Source of the DNA: an uncultured Planctomycetota bacterium
GTDB lineage: Bacteria; Planctomycetota; Planctomycetia; Gemmatales; Gemmataceae
Assembly: GCA_963849325.1 (NCBI GenBank)
Contig: CAWKHF010000012.1
Location: 576,001-640,000 of the forward strand
Direction: 5' to 3'
DNA: 64,000 bases
Numbering within the stretch: position 1 is the stretch's first letter; each line of letters starts with the position of its first letter. Both the position numbers and the translations under genes were made by a program. The notes under the pieces were generated by a model. It saw only the letters and a list, made by a program, of their open reading frames with translations. It searched no databases and was not told the origin of the DNA. Of this stretch, positions 1 to 11,299 are shown in pieces.

Positions 1-1128
1 TGATCCAGCAGGGTGTTGCCCGCCGCGTTGACGATCTCCATGTCCTCCAGGTTGGTCAGCAGGACCAGCCCCAGTTTCTTCCGAGGCACGAGGATGACGC
101 GCGCTCGGAAGCCCTCCACCGCGCCGCCGTGCTCATGGACGGCATGACCGCGATACTCGCTGATGTGCCAGCCCAGACCGTAGCTGGCCTGCGTCGCCCC
201 GGCGGCGCGTTCGGCGGCGCTGAGCGGCACGATCGGGATTTGTCCGCGCGTGCGTCTCATGCAGCGCGTCGGCGGAGACCAGGCGTCGGCCATCGTGTAC
301 CCCTTCGGCCAGCTGGAAGCGCAGCCACCGACTGAGGTCGCGCACGCTCGCCTTGATCGACCCCGAAGCGCGGATCTGCCTGTCATCGTCGTACCAGGGA
401 ATGACCTCGACATTCCCGGAAGCATCGTGGCCGTGCGGGCTGGCGTGGTCCGGCGCTTTGCGGGCTTCGCCGCTGGTGAAGACGACGCCGTTCATGTGCA
501 GCGGTTGCAGGAGACGTTCGCGGACGAACTCGTGCCAGGGCTTTTTCGCCGCCGACGAGATGGCCAGGCCGGCCGCGAGGTAAGCGAGATTGTTGTACTC
601 GTACTTCGAGCGGAAGGAACTGCTGCGCGACAGGAAGGCCATGCGGCGGACGCTCTCTTCCACACTCCAGGGAGCGCGATACCAGAGCAGGTCGTGACGG
701 GCCAGGCCGATGCGGTGACAGAGCAGGTCGCGCAGCCGAACGTCGCGGTCGGCCAACGGATCGTCCAGGCGGAACCAGGGCAGGTGCTTGCGAACCGGAT
801 CGTCCCAGTCGGCCTTGCCCTCATCGACCAAAATAGCCAGCGCCGTGGCCGTGAACGCCTTGGTGCAGGAGCCAATGGCGAACAGCGTGTTCGGCGTCAC
901 GAGCTTGTCGCCGCCCCGCTCGCGCACGCCCCTGGCGAAGTAAACCGTCTTCCCCTCCCGGACGACGGCGACGGCGATGCCGGGAGCGTGCCAAGCCTTG
1001 AGCGTCTCGTCGAGGATGCCGTCGATGACTGTGGAATCCGGCGGTTCCGCCGCGTGGGCCGCCGGCAGATTCGCCGTCAGCGCGAACACAAGGAGGAGTA
1101 ATCGCAGGACGAAAATCCGTGATGCCAT
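1..1128 (-). CDS. Serine hydrolase, beta-lactamase/AmpC family, secreted; runs off window edge; frameshift near 245
   Basis: Signal peptide; FAIGSCTKAF (SxxK) and YEYNN (YxN) motifs; HGG motif in shifted frame near 125. Confidence 0.9.
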
Positions 1129-1152
1129 CCGTATGACCTCCAATCGCTCTCT

Positions 1153-1213
1153 TGCAAGCCCGGATCGCCAGCGTTGGGTTTTTGCAACCCGTCGCTGAGG
1201 CTCTCGGGCTTGC
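1153..1213. repeat. Imperfect palindrome between divergent genes
   Basis: tgcaagcccg...cgggcttgca arms with inner gggtt/aaccc stem. Confidence 0.6.
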
Positions 1214-1277
1214 ATGGAAACGTCCCCTTGCCTCGCCCTTGTAGAATGAAGACATGATACCGTATTCTACGATTGCC

Positions 1278-2648
1278 ATGACCGAACCGCGGGTGACATT
1301 CTGGGGGGCTGCGCAGTCCGTGACCGGCTCGATGCACCTGGTCGAGGTCGGATCGCAGCGTCTGCTGCTCGATTGCGGCCTGGTGCGCGGCCGGCGCGAC
1401 GAGGCCCGCCAACGCAACAGTCACTTCCCCTTCGATCCGGCGAGCCTCGACGCCGTGATCCTCAGCCACGCCCACGTCGATCACTGCGGCAATCTGCCCA
1501 ACCTGGTCCGTCACGGCTTTCGCGGCCCGATCTACTGTACGCCCGCCACCCGCGACCTGACCGCCGTCATGCTCGCCGACTCCGGCCGCGTCCAGGAAGA
1601 AGACGCGGTCGTCGCCGGCGTCGTCGGCCAGCGGCACATCGCCGAGACCGCGCTGTACACGCGCGACGACGCTCGGCGGACCATCGATCTCTGCATCCCC
1701 GTGCCCTACGATCACGACTTCGCCCTCGGCGCGGACGTGCAACTGCGTTTCGTGGACGCCGGCCACATCCTCGGCTCGGCCCTGACGGTGCTGACCTTGG
1801 CCTACGCCGGGCGGACGTACCGGCTCACCTTCACGGGCGACCTGGGGAGGCGCGGCCTGCCGTATCTGCATCCGCCGTCGCCGGTGCCGGCCGCGGACCT
1901 GATTCTCTGCGAGTGTACTTACGGCGGCCGCAAGCACGACACGCTGGAGGTCATGGCCGCCAAGATGAGCCAGGTGGTCCGCGGCGCCGTGGCTCGCGGC
2001 GGCAAGGTACTGATACCCGCCTTCAGTTTGGGCCGCACGCAGCTCGTGCTGTACTTTTTGCAGCGCTGGATGCGCGACGGCATCCTGCCGCGTCTGCCGA
2101 TCTTCGTCGATAGTCCGCTGGCCGCCGAGATCGCGCTGGTGTACCAGCGCTACGCCGACGCCTTCGAGTCGCTGCCGCCCGCCGGATTGCCGCCGGTCCA
2201 CTACTTCCGTTCGCCGGAGGAGGCCCGCGTCGTCAGCACGCAGCCAGAGTCGTGCGTCCTCGTCGCCTCCGGCGGCATGTGCGACGGCGGCCGCATCATC
2301 TCCCATCTCCGCCTGCACATCGACGACCCGCGCACCAGCATCGTCCTGGTCAGCTACCAGGCGCCGCAGACCCTTGGCGGCGCAGCTGCTCCAGTTGCGG
2401 CCGACCGTGCGCTTCCACGGCCGCAACTGGAACAAGTGGGCCGAGGTCGTTTCGATCAACGGCTTCTCCGGCCACGCCGACCACGACGACTTCCTGGCCC
2501 TGCTCGGTTCGGCGCGCGGCGAGACGGGCAAGGTCCGCCTCGTCCACGGCGAACCGCCGCAGGCCGAGGCGCTGGCCGCCGGCCTGCGCAACTGGGCTTC
2601 GCCGATGTGGCCGTGCCGCGCCGCGAGGAGCAGGTCATGGTTCCCTGA
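1278..2648 (+). CDS. MBL-fold metallo-hydrolase, beta-CASP family; frameshifts near 2375 and 2595
   Basis: LSHAHVDHCG, AGHILGS, FTGDLG, ECTYG, ASGGM; FSGHAD and LVHGE in shifted frame. Confidence 0.92.
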   Translation: MTEPRVTFWGAAQSVTGSMHLVEVGSQRLLLDCGLVRGRRDEARQRNSHFPFDPASLDAVILSHAHVDHCGNLPNLVRHGFRGPIYCTPATRDLTAVMLADSGRVQEEDAVVAGVVGQRHIAETALYTRDDARRTIDLCIPVPYDHDFALGADVQLRFVDAGHILGSALTVLTLAYAGRTYRLTFTGDLGRRGLPYLHPPSPVPAADLILCECTYGGRKHDTLEVMAAKMSQVVRGAVARGGKVLIPAFSLGRTQLVLYFLQRWMRDGILPRLPIFVDSPLAAEIALVYQRYADAFESLPPAGLPPVHYFRSPEEARVVSTQPESCVLVASGGMCDGGRIISHLRLHIDDPRTSIVLVSYQAPQTLGGAAAPVAADRALPRPQLEQVGRGRFDQRLLRPRRPRRLPGPARFGARRDGQGPPRPRRTAAGRGAGRRPAQLGFADVAVPRREEQVMVP

Positions 2649-2666
2649 CGGAGCCGCCGCAAGCAG

Positions 2667-3674
2667 TTATCCATCGGCGGTGTGGACGGCCTCGGAATGG
2701 ACGTGACCTTGCTCGAAAACGCGGGCGATGACCTGGTCCAGCGGCGGATCGGTCACGCTCATGTCCACGACGGTGTAGCGATCGAGGATGGCGGCCAGCA
2801 CGTCCGCCACGCGCGTGCGCTCGACCTTCAACTCGGCGACCGGCCCGATACTGGTGTATTCGCCGAAACGGCCGAAGTCGGCCGGCGTCTCCTCGCCGGC
2901 GAATTGCAGACGCACCAGCTTGGAACGGCCGAAACGCTCGGTGATGCCGGCCAGCGGTCCATCGTAGATAACGCGGCCGTGCGCGATGACCAGCACGCGC
3001 GGGCACAGCGCCTCGACGTTGCGCATGTAATGGCTGGTCAGCAGCATGGTGACGCCGCGCGTGGTGTTGTACTCCTTGAGGCAGCGCTGGATGGCGACCT
3101 GGGCGACAACGTCCAGTCCGATGGTCGGCTCGTCGAGCAGCAGCAGTTGCGGCTCGTGCAGCAGAGCGGCAATCAGCTCCATTTTCATGCGCTCGCCCAG
3201 CGACAGCTCGCGCACCGGCTGGCGCGTCAGCTCGCGGACGGCGAACAGATCCGTCAGTTCGCCGAGAGTGCGGTTGAAGGCGTCGGCCGGCAGCGAATAG
3301 ATTTCGCGGTGGAGTTGGAAGCTGTCGCCGGCCGGCAAGTCCCACCACAGTTGGTTCTTCTGGCCCATGACCAGGGCGAAGCGACGGCGGAAAGCATCGG
3401 GCCGCTCCCAGGGCGTGAAGCCGAGCACGGTGGCGCTGCCGGCGCTGGGATAGATCAAGCCAGACAGCATTTTGAGGGTGGTCGTCTTGCCGGCGCCGTT
3501 GGGGCCGAGGAAGGCGACCATCTCGCCGGGTTCGATGACGAAGCTGACGTCGGCGACGGCGTGGACTTCCTTGTAACGGCGGCGGACCAGGCTGCGCAGG
3601 GCGCCGGCGAGGCCGGGATCCTTTTGAAAGACTCGATAGGTCTTGCTCAGCCCCTTCGCCTCAATGATCGCCAT
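2667..3674 (-). CDS. ABC transporter ATP-binding protein; no permease gene adjacent
   Basis: Walker A GPNGAGKTT, signature LSLGERMK, Walker B LLLDEPT, TSH switch. Confidence 0.95.
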   Translation of the reverse strand: MAIIEAKGLSKTYRVFQKDPGLAGALRSLVRRRYKEVHAVADVSFVIEPGEMVAFLGPNGAGKTTTLKMLSGLIYPSAGSATVLGFTPWERPDAFRRRFALVMGQKNQLWWDLPAGDSFQLHREIYSLPADAFNRTLGELTDLFAVRELTRQPVRELSLGERMKMELIAALLHEPQLLLLDEPTIGLDVVAQVAIQRCLKEYNTTRGVTMLLTSHYMRNVEALCPRVLVIAHGRVIYDGPLAGITERFGRSKLVRLQFAGEETPADFGRFGEYTSIGPVAELKVERTRVADVLAAILDRYTVVDMSVTDPPLDQVIARVFEQGHVHSEAVHTADG

Positions 3675-4558
3675 TGTTCCGTTCTCTCCGATTGCTTTCC
3701 GAGCATTCTACGCTGCTCTCGAACGTTCCGAGAATACGAGCCGTGTTTAGCCGCGACGCGCAGCGGAGCGACGGCTCGGCGCTCCGCTGCTAGCAGGTAG
3801 CCGTAAGCGCGCAGCCAGCCGAACCAGGCGGGACACGGCACTCGGCCATCGGGGCGTAGACTAATGGGCCGCACTTCGAGCAGGCGGAAGCCAGCATCCG
3901 TCAGCAAGCGGCACGCCTCGCGGCGCGTGAACAGGTGCAGCGTCAGGCCGGCGATCCCCTGATGGACCGGCATGACGCGGTCCCCGGCCTCGGCGCCGGT
4001 CCACGAGTGCAGCCAGTCGCGCAGCAGCCAGGCCCGACCGGCCCGGTCGCGGACGTTGAACCAGCGGTTATGGACGTGCAGGATGAAGCGCCCGCCCGGC
4101 CGCAGCAGGCGAAAAGCGTGCTCCACCACGCGCCGCCGCTGCGCCGCGCCCCGCACCATGCCGAGCGTGCTGAACAGGCAGGCGGCGCCGTCGAAGCTGC
4201 CATCGGCCAGGCAATTCAACTCAGCGATATTGGCGCGCAGCAGGGCGATGGGCCGATTCGCGGACAGAGCTTTGTTGTTGGCGACGCAGAGCATCTCGGG
4301 CGACAGGTCCACACCGAGACCCCATCCGCCGCGCTGCGTCCAGGCCAGCAGCAAACGGCCGGTGCCGCAGCCGAGGTCGAGCAGCCGGCCCGGTCGCGGA
4401 CAGTGCCGCTCGACGAAGGCGCGGTCGATGTCGAACAACGGCGTGCCGGCCAAGCCGGCATCGTAACCGCGCGCGATGCCGGGGTCGTGGAGGTAGTCCC
4501 AAAGACCTCGGTTGACGCCGGGCGGCAGCTGCCAGTCGGCGGGAGGAGGTTTCGGCAT
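3647..4558 (-). CDS. Class I SAM-dependent methyltransferase; C-terminus extended by read-through of a repeat
   Basis: LLDLGCGTGR, GVDLSPEM, LLRPGGRFILHVHN. Confidence 0.9.
   Translation of the reverse strand: MPKPPPADWQLPPGVNRGLWDYLHDPGIARGYDAGLAGTPLFDIDRAFVERHCPRPGRLLDLGCGTGRLLLAWTQRGGWGLGVDLSPEMLCVANNKALSANRPIALLRANIAELNCLADGSFDGAACLFSTLGMVRGAAQRRRVVEHAFRLLRPGGRFILHVHNRWFNVRDRAGRAWLLRDWLHSWTGAEAGDRVMPVHQGIAGLTLHLFTRREACRLLTDAGFRLLEVRPISLRPDGRVPCPAWFGWLRAYGYLLAAERRAVAPLRVAAKHGSYSRNVREQRRMLGKQSERTEQWRSLRRRG
3745..3790. repeat. Palindromic repeat family A, right arm truncated
   Basis: gtttagccgcgacgcgcagcggagcg...cgctccgctgc; same family as 9718, 18623, 48026. Confidence 0.85.
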
Positions 4559-4758
4559 AATGGCGATTCTCGGTCCAACTGCGAGCGCCGCGTCGAGATT
4601 GACACGGATTCTGCTTGCACACCTTGTCGCCTCCGGCTACAGTCAACATACCTACCTGTATCCGCGGCGATTGCGGATCGCACGGACCCGCCCCGAAACG
4701 ACTGTTCGAGTCCCAACCTGCCATGCACGCTGTCAATCGACTCCAAGCTGGGATTGCC

Positions 4759-7073
4759 ATGAAGGCTCCGACGCTGCTCGCCGTGGTCGTCCTCCTCGTG
4801 TTTCCCGCGATGCGGCTGCGTGCCGATGGACCGGCCGACGTGGAATTCTTCGAGAAGAACGTGCGGCCCGTGCTGGCGACGCACTGCTTCAAGTGTCACG
4901 GCGACGGTAAGGCCAAGGGCGGGCTGAGCCTGGTCTCGCGCGACGGCATGTTCAAGGGCGGCGATTCGGGTCCGGCGATTGTGTCGGGACAACCAGCCAA
5001 GAGTCTGTTGATCGAGGCCATCCGCTACGAGGCCGAGACGCGGATGCCTCCCAAGAAGAAATTGTCCGACGGCGACATTGCCGCCCTCACCACTTGGGTC
5101 CAGCGCGGCGCGCCCTGGCCGGCCGCGCCCGCCAACGGCGAGACGATTCGTTCGTCGGGCGAGTCGATCCGTACCGCCGATCGCGCCTTCTGGTCGTTCC
5201 AGCCCATCGCCGATCCGCCGCTGCCGGCCGTCCGCGACCGGACCTGGCCGATCAAGCCGCTCGACCACTTCATCCTAGCGAAGCTGGAATCGCGCGGCCT
5301 GTATCCAGTACGCCGGGCCGACAAGCACGCCCTGCTGCGCCGCGTTACCTTCGACCTGATCGGCCTGCCGCCGACGCCGGAAGAGATCGACGCCTTTCTA
5401 GCGCGACGAGTCGCCGGACGCCTTCGCCAAGGTCGTCGATCGTCTGCTGGCTTCGCCGCACTACGGCGAACGCTGGGGCCGTCACTGGCTCGACATCGCT
5501 CGCTACGGCGAGGACCAGGCCCACACGTTCCAGGCCCGTCTTTTTCCCGGCGGCTATCGTTACCGCGATTGGGTCGTGCGGGCGCTCAACGACGACATGC
5601 CCTACGATCGCTTCATCGTCGAGCAGATCGCCGGCGATCTTTTGCCCGACGGCGACCGCGCCGAGCACCTGCCGGCGCTGGGCTTTTTCGCCCTGGGACC
5701 GCACTACTACCAGGACGGGGCGGCGCGGAAGTTCGTCGAGGCGACGGAGCTGGACGACCGCATCGACACGCTGACGCGCGGTTTTCTCGGCCTGACGGTC
5801 TCCTGCGCTCGCTGCCACGATCACAAGTTCGATCCGATCTCGCAGGCCGACTACTACGCGCTGGCCGGTGTCTTTCAGAGCACGAAATATCAGGAAGTGC
5901 CGATCGGTCCTCCGGCCGTGGTCGAGCATTATCAGAAGAGTCAGGCCAAGGTCCGCGAGCAGGAGGCGAAGATCAAGCAGTTTCTCAAGACGGAGGGCAA
6001 GGGCCAGGGGCAAAAGAAGCTGAGCGACGAGAGCAAGCGAAAACTAGCCGATTTGCGCCGCGAGCTGGAACAGCTCAAAAAGACGATGCCGCCGGCGCCG
6101 CCGCTGGTCCACACGCTCGCCGAGGGACAGCCGGTCAACATGCGCGATCTATCTCCGCGGCAATCCCGACCGGGAAGGCGACGTGGCCCCGCGTCGCTTC
6201 CTGCGCATCCTCGCCGGGGAGCAACCCAAGCCGTTCACACAGGGCAGCGGCCGGCTGGAACTGGCTCACGCTATTGCGGATCGTCATAATCCGCTGACGG
6301 CCCGCGTGCTGGTCAATCGCGTCTGGCAGCAGCACTTCGGCAAGGGTCTCGTCGGCACGCCCAGCAATTTCGGCAAGCTCGGCGATCGGCCGACACATCC
6401 CGAGTTGCTCGATCACCTGGCCACGCGCTTTCTCGCCTCCGGCTGGTCGATCAAGGCGCTGCACCGCGAAATCCTGCTGTCGGCCACCTACCAACTCGGC
6501 TGCGACCGCGAGGAAGGCAACGCCGCGGCCGATCCGGGCAACCAATGGTTGGGACACATGAATCGCCGCCGGCTGGACGTGGAGGCGTGGCGCGACGCCC
6601 TGCTCGCCGCCTCCGGCGAGCTGGACGCGCACGTCGGCGGTTCGCCGACGGAACTCGGCGACGCCGGCAACAAGCGGCGCACTCTCTATGGCAAGATCAG
6701 CCGGCACAACCTCGACAATCTGCTGCGCCTGTTCGACTTCCCCGACCCCAACATCACCAGCGCGCTCGCGGCCGGTGACGATTGTTCCCTTGCAGCAACT
6801 GTTCGTCCTCAACAGCGAGTTCATGATCGCCCGGGCGCGAGCCTTGGCGGCGCGGCTGGCGGCCGAGGACAAGGACGATGCCGCCCGCATCCGCAAGGCG
6901 TTCGTGCGCGTGTACGGCCGGCCCGCCGGCGAGCGCGACGTGCAACTGGGGCTGGCGTTCCTCCGCGCCCGGAAGAGTCCGTGCGGCCGGGCGAAGCAAA
7001 AGCCACCCTCAGCCGCTGGGAGCAGTATGCCCAGGTGCTACTCGGCGCCAACGAGTTCACCTTTATCGATTGA
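4759..7073 (+). CDS. PSD1/planctomycete cytochrome c domain protein (DUF1549/DUF1553); several frameshifts
   Basis: FFEKNVRPVLATHCFKCHG (CxxCH), LLRRVTFDLIGLPPT, CARCHDHKFDPI, NPLTARVLVNRVWQQHFG, PTHPELLDHLA. Confidence 0.93.
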
Positions 7074-7090
7074 CCACGGAGCATCGGCTC

Positions 7091-8495
7091 ATGTCCTCAT
7101 CCTGGCAACCTCGAATGAACCGCCGGCAAATGCTGTGTACCCTGGGCAACGGCTTCGGCGCGCTGGGTCTGGCGAGCGTGCTGGCCGGCGACGGACTGCT
7201 CGCCGCGCCGGCGCGAGCGGCGGGCGCCGGCAACCCGCTGGCGCCGAAAGTCGCCGCACTTTCCGCCGCGCGCCAAGCGCGTCATCTTCCTGTTCATGAA
7301 CGGCGGGCCGTCGCAGGTCGACACCTTCGATCCCAAGCCGGCCCTGGCGAAGTACGCCGGCCAGGACAAGGACGGCACCACGCGCGGCCAGGCGTCGGGC
7401 AAGCTGATGCCGTCGCCGTTTTCGTTTCGGAAATACGGCCAAAGCGGCATCGAGGTGAGCGAACTGTATCCGCACGTGGCCCGCCACATCGACGACATCT
7501 GCGTCCTTCGCTCGATGCACACCAACACGCCCAATCACGAGCCATCGCTGTTGATGATGAACTCCGGCGAAACGCAGCCGACGCGGCCGAGCATGGGATC
7601 GTGGCTGAGTTACGGCCTGGGCACCGAGAACCAGAACTTGCCCGGCTACGTCGTGCTCTGTCCGGGCAAGCCGGTGGTCGGCCCGCAATTGTGGAGCAAC
7701 AGCTTCCTGCCCGGCATCTACCAGGGCACGCACATCAACAACTCGCGCGTCGATCCCAAAAGCGTCATCCAGCACGTCGCCAACAGCCATCTGCCGCGCG
7801 CCGCCCAGCGCCGCCAGCTCGACCTGTTGCAGCAGATGAACGAGGAACACCTGCACCAGCGCGGCGGCGACGACCAGCTCGAGGCCCGCATCGCCTCGCT
7901 GGAGATGGCCTTCCGCATGCAGACCGAGGCGCAGGAGGCGTTCGACCTGACCCGCGAGCCGACGGCGACCCGACAGCGCTACGGCGACGGCGCCTTCGCC
8001 AACGCCTGCCTCGTCGCTCGCCGCCTGGCCGAGCGCGGTGTGCGCATGACGCAGATTTACTACGGCAACGGCCAGCCGTGGGACGATCACGGCGACATCC
8101 TCAATCACCGCAACCACGCCCGCCAGTCGGACCAACCCATCGCGGCGCTCTTGACCGACCTGAAGGCGCGCGGTCTGCTCGGCGAGACGCTGGTGATCTG
8201 GGGCGGCGAGTTCGGCCGGACGCCGGCGTCGCAGGGCGGCAAGGGCCGCGATCACAACAGCAAGGGCTTCTCCATGTGGCTGGCCGGCGGCGGCGTCAAG
8301 GGCGGCTACGTCCACGGCGCCACCGACGAGTTCGGCGGCACCGCCGTCGAGAAGAAAGTCCACGTCCACGACCTGCACGCCACCATCCTGTACCTGCTCG
8401 GCATCGACCACGAACGGCTGACCTTCCGCTACAGCGGCCGCGATTTCCGCCTGACCGACGTACACGGCGAAATCGTCCGCGACATTCTGGCATGA
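7091..8495 (+). CDS. DUF1501 domain protein with Tat-like N-terminus; frameshift near 7250
   Basis: MNRRQML, FMNGGPSQVDTFDPKP, WGGEFGRTP, GRDHN, HVHDLHATIL. Confidence 0.93.
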
Positions 8496-8536
8496 CGCCG
8501 CCGTCGGCGGCGACTTCCTGTTGTTGGAGATCAGAC

Positions 8537-9703
8537 ATGGCATTGTCATCTCGGCCGGTTATGTGGCTCTGTTTCCTCGCCGTCCTTTTGTTCGGGGTGC
8601 CGGCCAGGGGAGCGGAAGAGATGAACAAACTGTGGGTCTTCGTCGGCACCTACACCGGCGGCAAGAGCAAGGGCATCTATCGTTGCGAGTTCGATCCGTC
8701 CACCGGCAAGCTGAGCGAGCCGATTCTGGCTGCGGAGACGGCTAGCCCCTCGTTTCTCGCCATCGACCCGAGCCGGCGTTTCCTCTATGCCGTGGGCGAA
8801 ACCGGCGGTTTTCAGGGCAAGAAAAGCGGCTCCGTCAGCGCCTTCACCCTCGACGCCAAGACCGGCGAGCTGAAGCTGCTCAACCGGCAACCGTCCAGCG
8901 GCGAGGCCCCCTGTCATCTCGTCGTCGATCGCCAGGGCAAGCACGTTCTCGTGGCCAATTACACCGGAGGTAACGTGTCGGTCCTGCGCATCGAGAAGGA
9001 TGGCCGGCTCGGCGAACGGACGGCATTCGTGCAGCACAAGGGAAAGGGCAGCGACCCCGGTCGGCAGGAAGCGCCGCACGCCCATTCGATCAACCTCGAC
9101 GCCGCCAACCGCTTCGCCTTCGTCGCCGACCTCGGACTCGACCAGGTGTTCGTCTACCGCTTCGATCCCGACAAGGGGACACTGGAGAAAAACGATCCGC
9201 CCTCGGCGGCCGTCGCTCCGAAGTCCGGGCCGCGTCACTTCGCCTTTCATCCCGACGGCCGACACGCCTACGTCATCAACGAGATGGCCAACACTGTCAC
9301 GGCGATGGATTACGACGCCGAGCACGGCGTCCTCAAGCCGATCCAGACGGTTTCGACCTTGCCCGAAGGGTACAAGAAGCCGACGTGGACGGCGGAGGTG
9401 CAGGTCCATCCCTCGGGCAAGTTCCTGTACGGCTCCAACCGCGGTCACGACAGCATCGCCGTCTTCGCCATCGACGAGAAGACGGGGCAGCTGACGCCGG
9501 CCGGCCGCCAGGCGTCCGGCATCAAGGTGCCGCGCAACTTCGGCATCGACCCGACAGGCAAGTTCCTGCTGGTCGCCAATCAGGACGGCGACAGCCTCCT
9601 CGTCTTCCGCATCAATCCGAAAACCGGGGAGTTGCAAGCGACCGGCGACAAGGTGGAAGTGGGCAAGCCGGTGTGCGTCAAATTCGTGCCGAAGGCGTCC
9701 TGA
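8537..9703 (+). CDS. Lactonase family beta-propeller (6-phosphogluconolactonase-like), secreted
   Basis: FVGTYT, VANYTGG, PHAHSI, GPRHFAFHP, SNRGHDSIAVF, PRNFGIDP. Confidence 0.92.
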   Translation: MALSSRPVMWLCFLAVLLFGVPARGAEEMNKLWVFVGTYTGGKSKGIYRCEFDPSTGKLSEPILAAETASPSFLAIDPSRRFLYAVGETGGFQGKKSGSVSAFTLDAKTGELKLLNRQPSSGEAPCHLVVDRQGKHVLVANYTGGNVSVLRIEKDGRLGERTAFVQHKGKGSDPGRQEAPHAHSINLDAANRFAFVADLGLDQVFVYRFDPDKGTLEKNDPPSAAVAPKSGPRHFAFHPDGRHAYVINEMANTVTAMDYDAEHGVLKPIQTVSTLPEGYKKPTWTAEVQVHPSGKFLYGSNRGHDSIAVFAIDEKTGQLTPAGRQASGIKVPRNFGIDPTGKFLLVANQDGDSLLVFRINPKTGELQATGDKVEVGKPVCVKFVPKAS

Positions 9704-9717
9704 CACACGTATTCCGG

Positions 9718-9778
9718 TTAGCCGCGACGCGCAGCGGAGCGCGGGAGCCTCCCGCGCTCCGCTGCGCGTCGCGGCCAA
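9718..9778. repeat. Palindromic repeat family A between convergent genes
   Basis: gccgcgacgcgcagcggagcgcggg / cccgcgctccgctgcgcgtcgcggc perfect stem. Confidence 0.92.
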
Positions 9779-9779
9779 A

Positions 9780-10136
9780 CTACGGCGTGACGTGCGTGTG
9801 CGTGCTCGAGGTCGTCATCGGCCCATGCAAGCGCAGGTGCTCGTGATAGCGCCGGTGGTGGTGCAGCGCCAGACCGACGAAGGTGATGCCCAGGCCGACC
9901 AGCACCGCCAGCACCAGGATGGTCAGGCACAGCTTCATGGGATTGTCGAGATCGCGGATCCTGATTTGCGACTTCTCGAAGTCCGGCTCCGTCCGCAGGT
10001 TGGGCGCGGTGGTGCTGTCGCCGGAGGCGGACTTGTAAATGAGGAAGTTCTCGTAACGGTTGCCGATGCCCTGGGCGGTCAGTCCCAGGCCGATCAGGGC
10101 GGCGGCGGTGATGATGGCTCCGCTGAGTGCTCGCAT
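9780..10136 (-). CDS. Hypothetical 2-TM membrane protein with His-rich tail
   Basis: RBS ggagga upstream; two hydrophobic segments; HHHRRYHEHLRLH tail. Confidence 0.75.
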   Translation of the reverse strand: MRALSGAIITAAALIGLGLTAQGIGNRYENFLIYKSASGDSTTAPNLRTEPDFEKSQIRIRDLDNPMKLCLTILVLAVLVGLGITFVGLALHHHRRYHEHLRLHGPMTTSSTHTHVTP

Positions 10137-10172
10137 GGATGCTCCTCCCGATACGGGACAGGCTCGCCTCGA

Positions 10173-10331
10173 TTACTGGCCCAACATACGCAAACAACCG
10201 CCCATGACGAGCAGAATGCCCGCCAGGATGATGAAGACACTGCTGCAACCACAGCCGGCCCAGGGTCCGTATTGACCCCGCGGACTGTAGAAGCCGCCGC
10301 TGCCGAACAACGGACCGCCGCCCATGCTCAT
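10173..10331 (-). CDS. Small Gly-rich single-TM protein (52 aa)
   Basis: RBS ggaga; MSMGGGPLFGSGG...GCGCSSVFIILAGILLVMGGC. Confidence 0.65.
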   Translation of the reverse strand: MSMGGGPLFGSGGFYSPRGQYGPWAGCGCSSVFIILAGILLVMGGCLRMLGQ

Positions 10332-10372
10332 GACACATTCTCCGTGACAGGAAAGGATTCCGCGTCGCCGCC

Positions 10373-11200
10373 TCAACGGGAGGCGGCGATGCGGTGGTGA
10401 TCGTAGGCTACCTTGGCCGCCTTCGCCTGCGGCACCCAGGCTCGCAGTTGGCGGATACGGCGGGCGTCGCTGGGGTGATTGGAGAGGATCTCCGGAGGTT
10501 CGCCTCCGCGCTGCAACTGTTGCATCCGCTGCCAGAACACCAACGCCTCATCGGGGTCGTATCCGGCGAAGGTCATCAGGAACAGGCCGATGTGGTCGGC
10601 CTCGGACTCCTGCTGGCGGTCGTAGGCTTTGTCCATCAGCCAGCCGACGCGGCCCGACTCCTCGCGGGTGAGGCGTTCGTTGGAGTGATGGGCCAGGGCG
10701 TGGGCGATCTCGTGCGACAGCACCGTCGCCAACTGACTGTCGTTCTCGACGACGCGAAGCAGCATCGTATACACGGCCACCTTGCCGCCGGGCAGACAGA
10801 AGGCGTTGACCTCCTTGCTGCGGATGATGTTGAACTCCCAGTCGAAGGTATAGCCCTTCAAGTGCAAGTTGATTTCGCGCTGCAGCGGCTCGATGCGGAC
10901 GGCCTTGGCGATGCGGGCGCCGACCTCCCGCACGTGCTGTACGGTCCGACTGTTGGTGGGGAGTAAGGCGTCCTTTTCCCGCGCCTGGTCGAGGATCTGC
11001 TGATACGCCTGTACGCCCAGCTTGTATTCCTGCTCGGGACTCAGGCCGAGATACTGCTGACGACGGCCGGGACCGGAGCCTTCCTCCGGCGGAGCGCAGC
11101 CCGCACCGGCGAAGACAGTCCCGCAAACGACGACGAGCATGACCCCGACTCGGCGACTGCGTCTCGCGGGGCCATACCGATAAGGGTTGGCAGACGTCAT
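10373..11200 (-). CDS. M48 family metallopeptidase
   Basis: VNAFCLPGGKVAVY, HEIAH (HExxH), QESEADHIGL, LSNHPSD. Confidence 0.93.
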   Translation of the reverse strand: MTSANPYRYGPARRSRRVGVMLVVVCGTVFAGAGCAPPEEGSGPGRRQQYLGLSPEQEYKLGVQAYQQILDQAREKDALLPTNSRTVQHVREVGARIAKAVRIEPLQREINLHLKGYTFDWEFNIIRSKEVNAFCLPGGKVAVYTMLLRVVENDSQLATVLSHEIAHALAHHSNERLTREESGRVGWLMDKAYDRQQESEADHIGLFLMTFAGYDPDEALVFWQRMQQLQRGGEPPEILSNHPSDARRIRQLRAWVPQAKAAKVAYDHHRIAASR

Positions 11201-11299
11201 CGCATCTCCGTAACAAGGCCGAAAGGGACACGGGAGGAGCGGGGAGTTGATCGTCGCCTCGCCGCCTCCCGTGTTCGCGGTCTCATTCCCGCTCGTTCG

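Noticed and set aside
1-1128. Antibiotic-resistance beta-lactamase controlled by the BlaI/BlaR1 pair
   Set aside because: Generic serine hydrolase 11 kb away from the pair; the BlaR1 lacks a penicillin-binding domain.
6878-9703. 941-aa ORF as one protein
   Set aside because: Artefact of frameshifts joining off-frame DUF1501 sequence to the lactonase, which has its own RBS and signal peptide at 8537.
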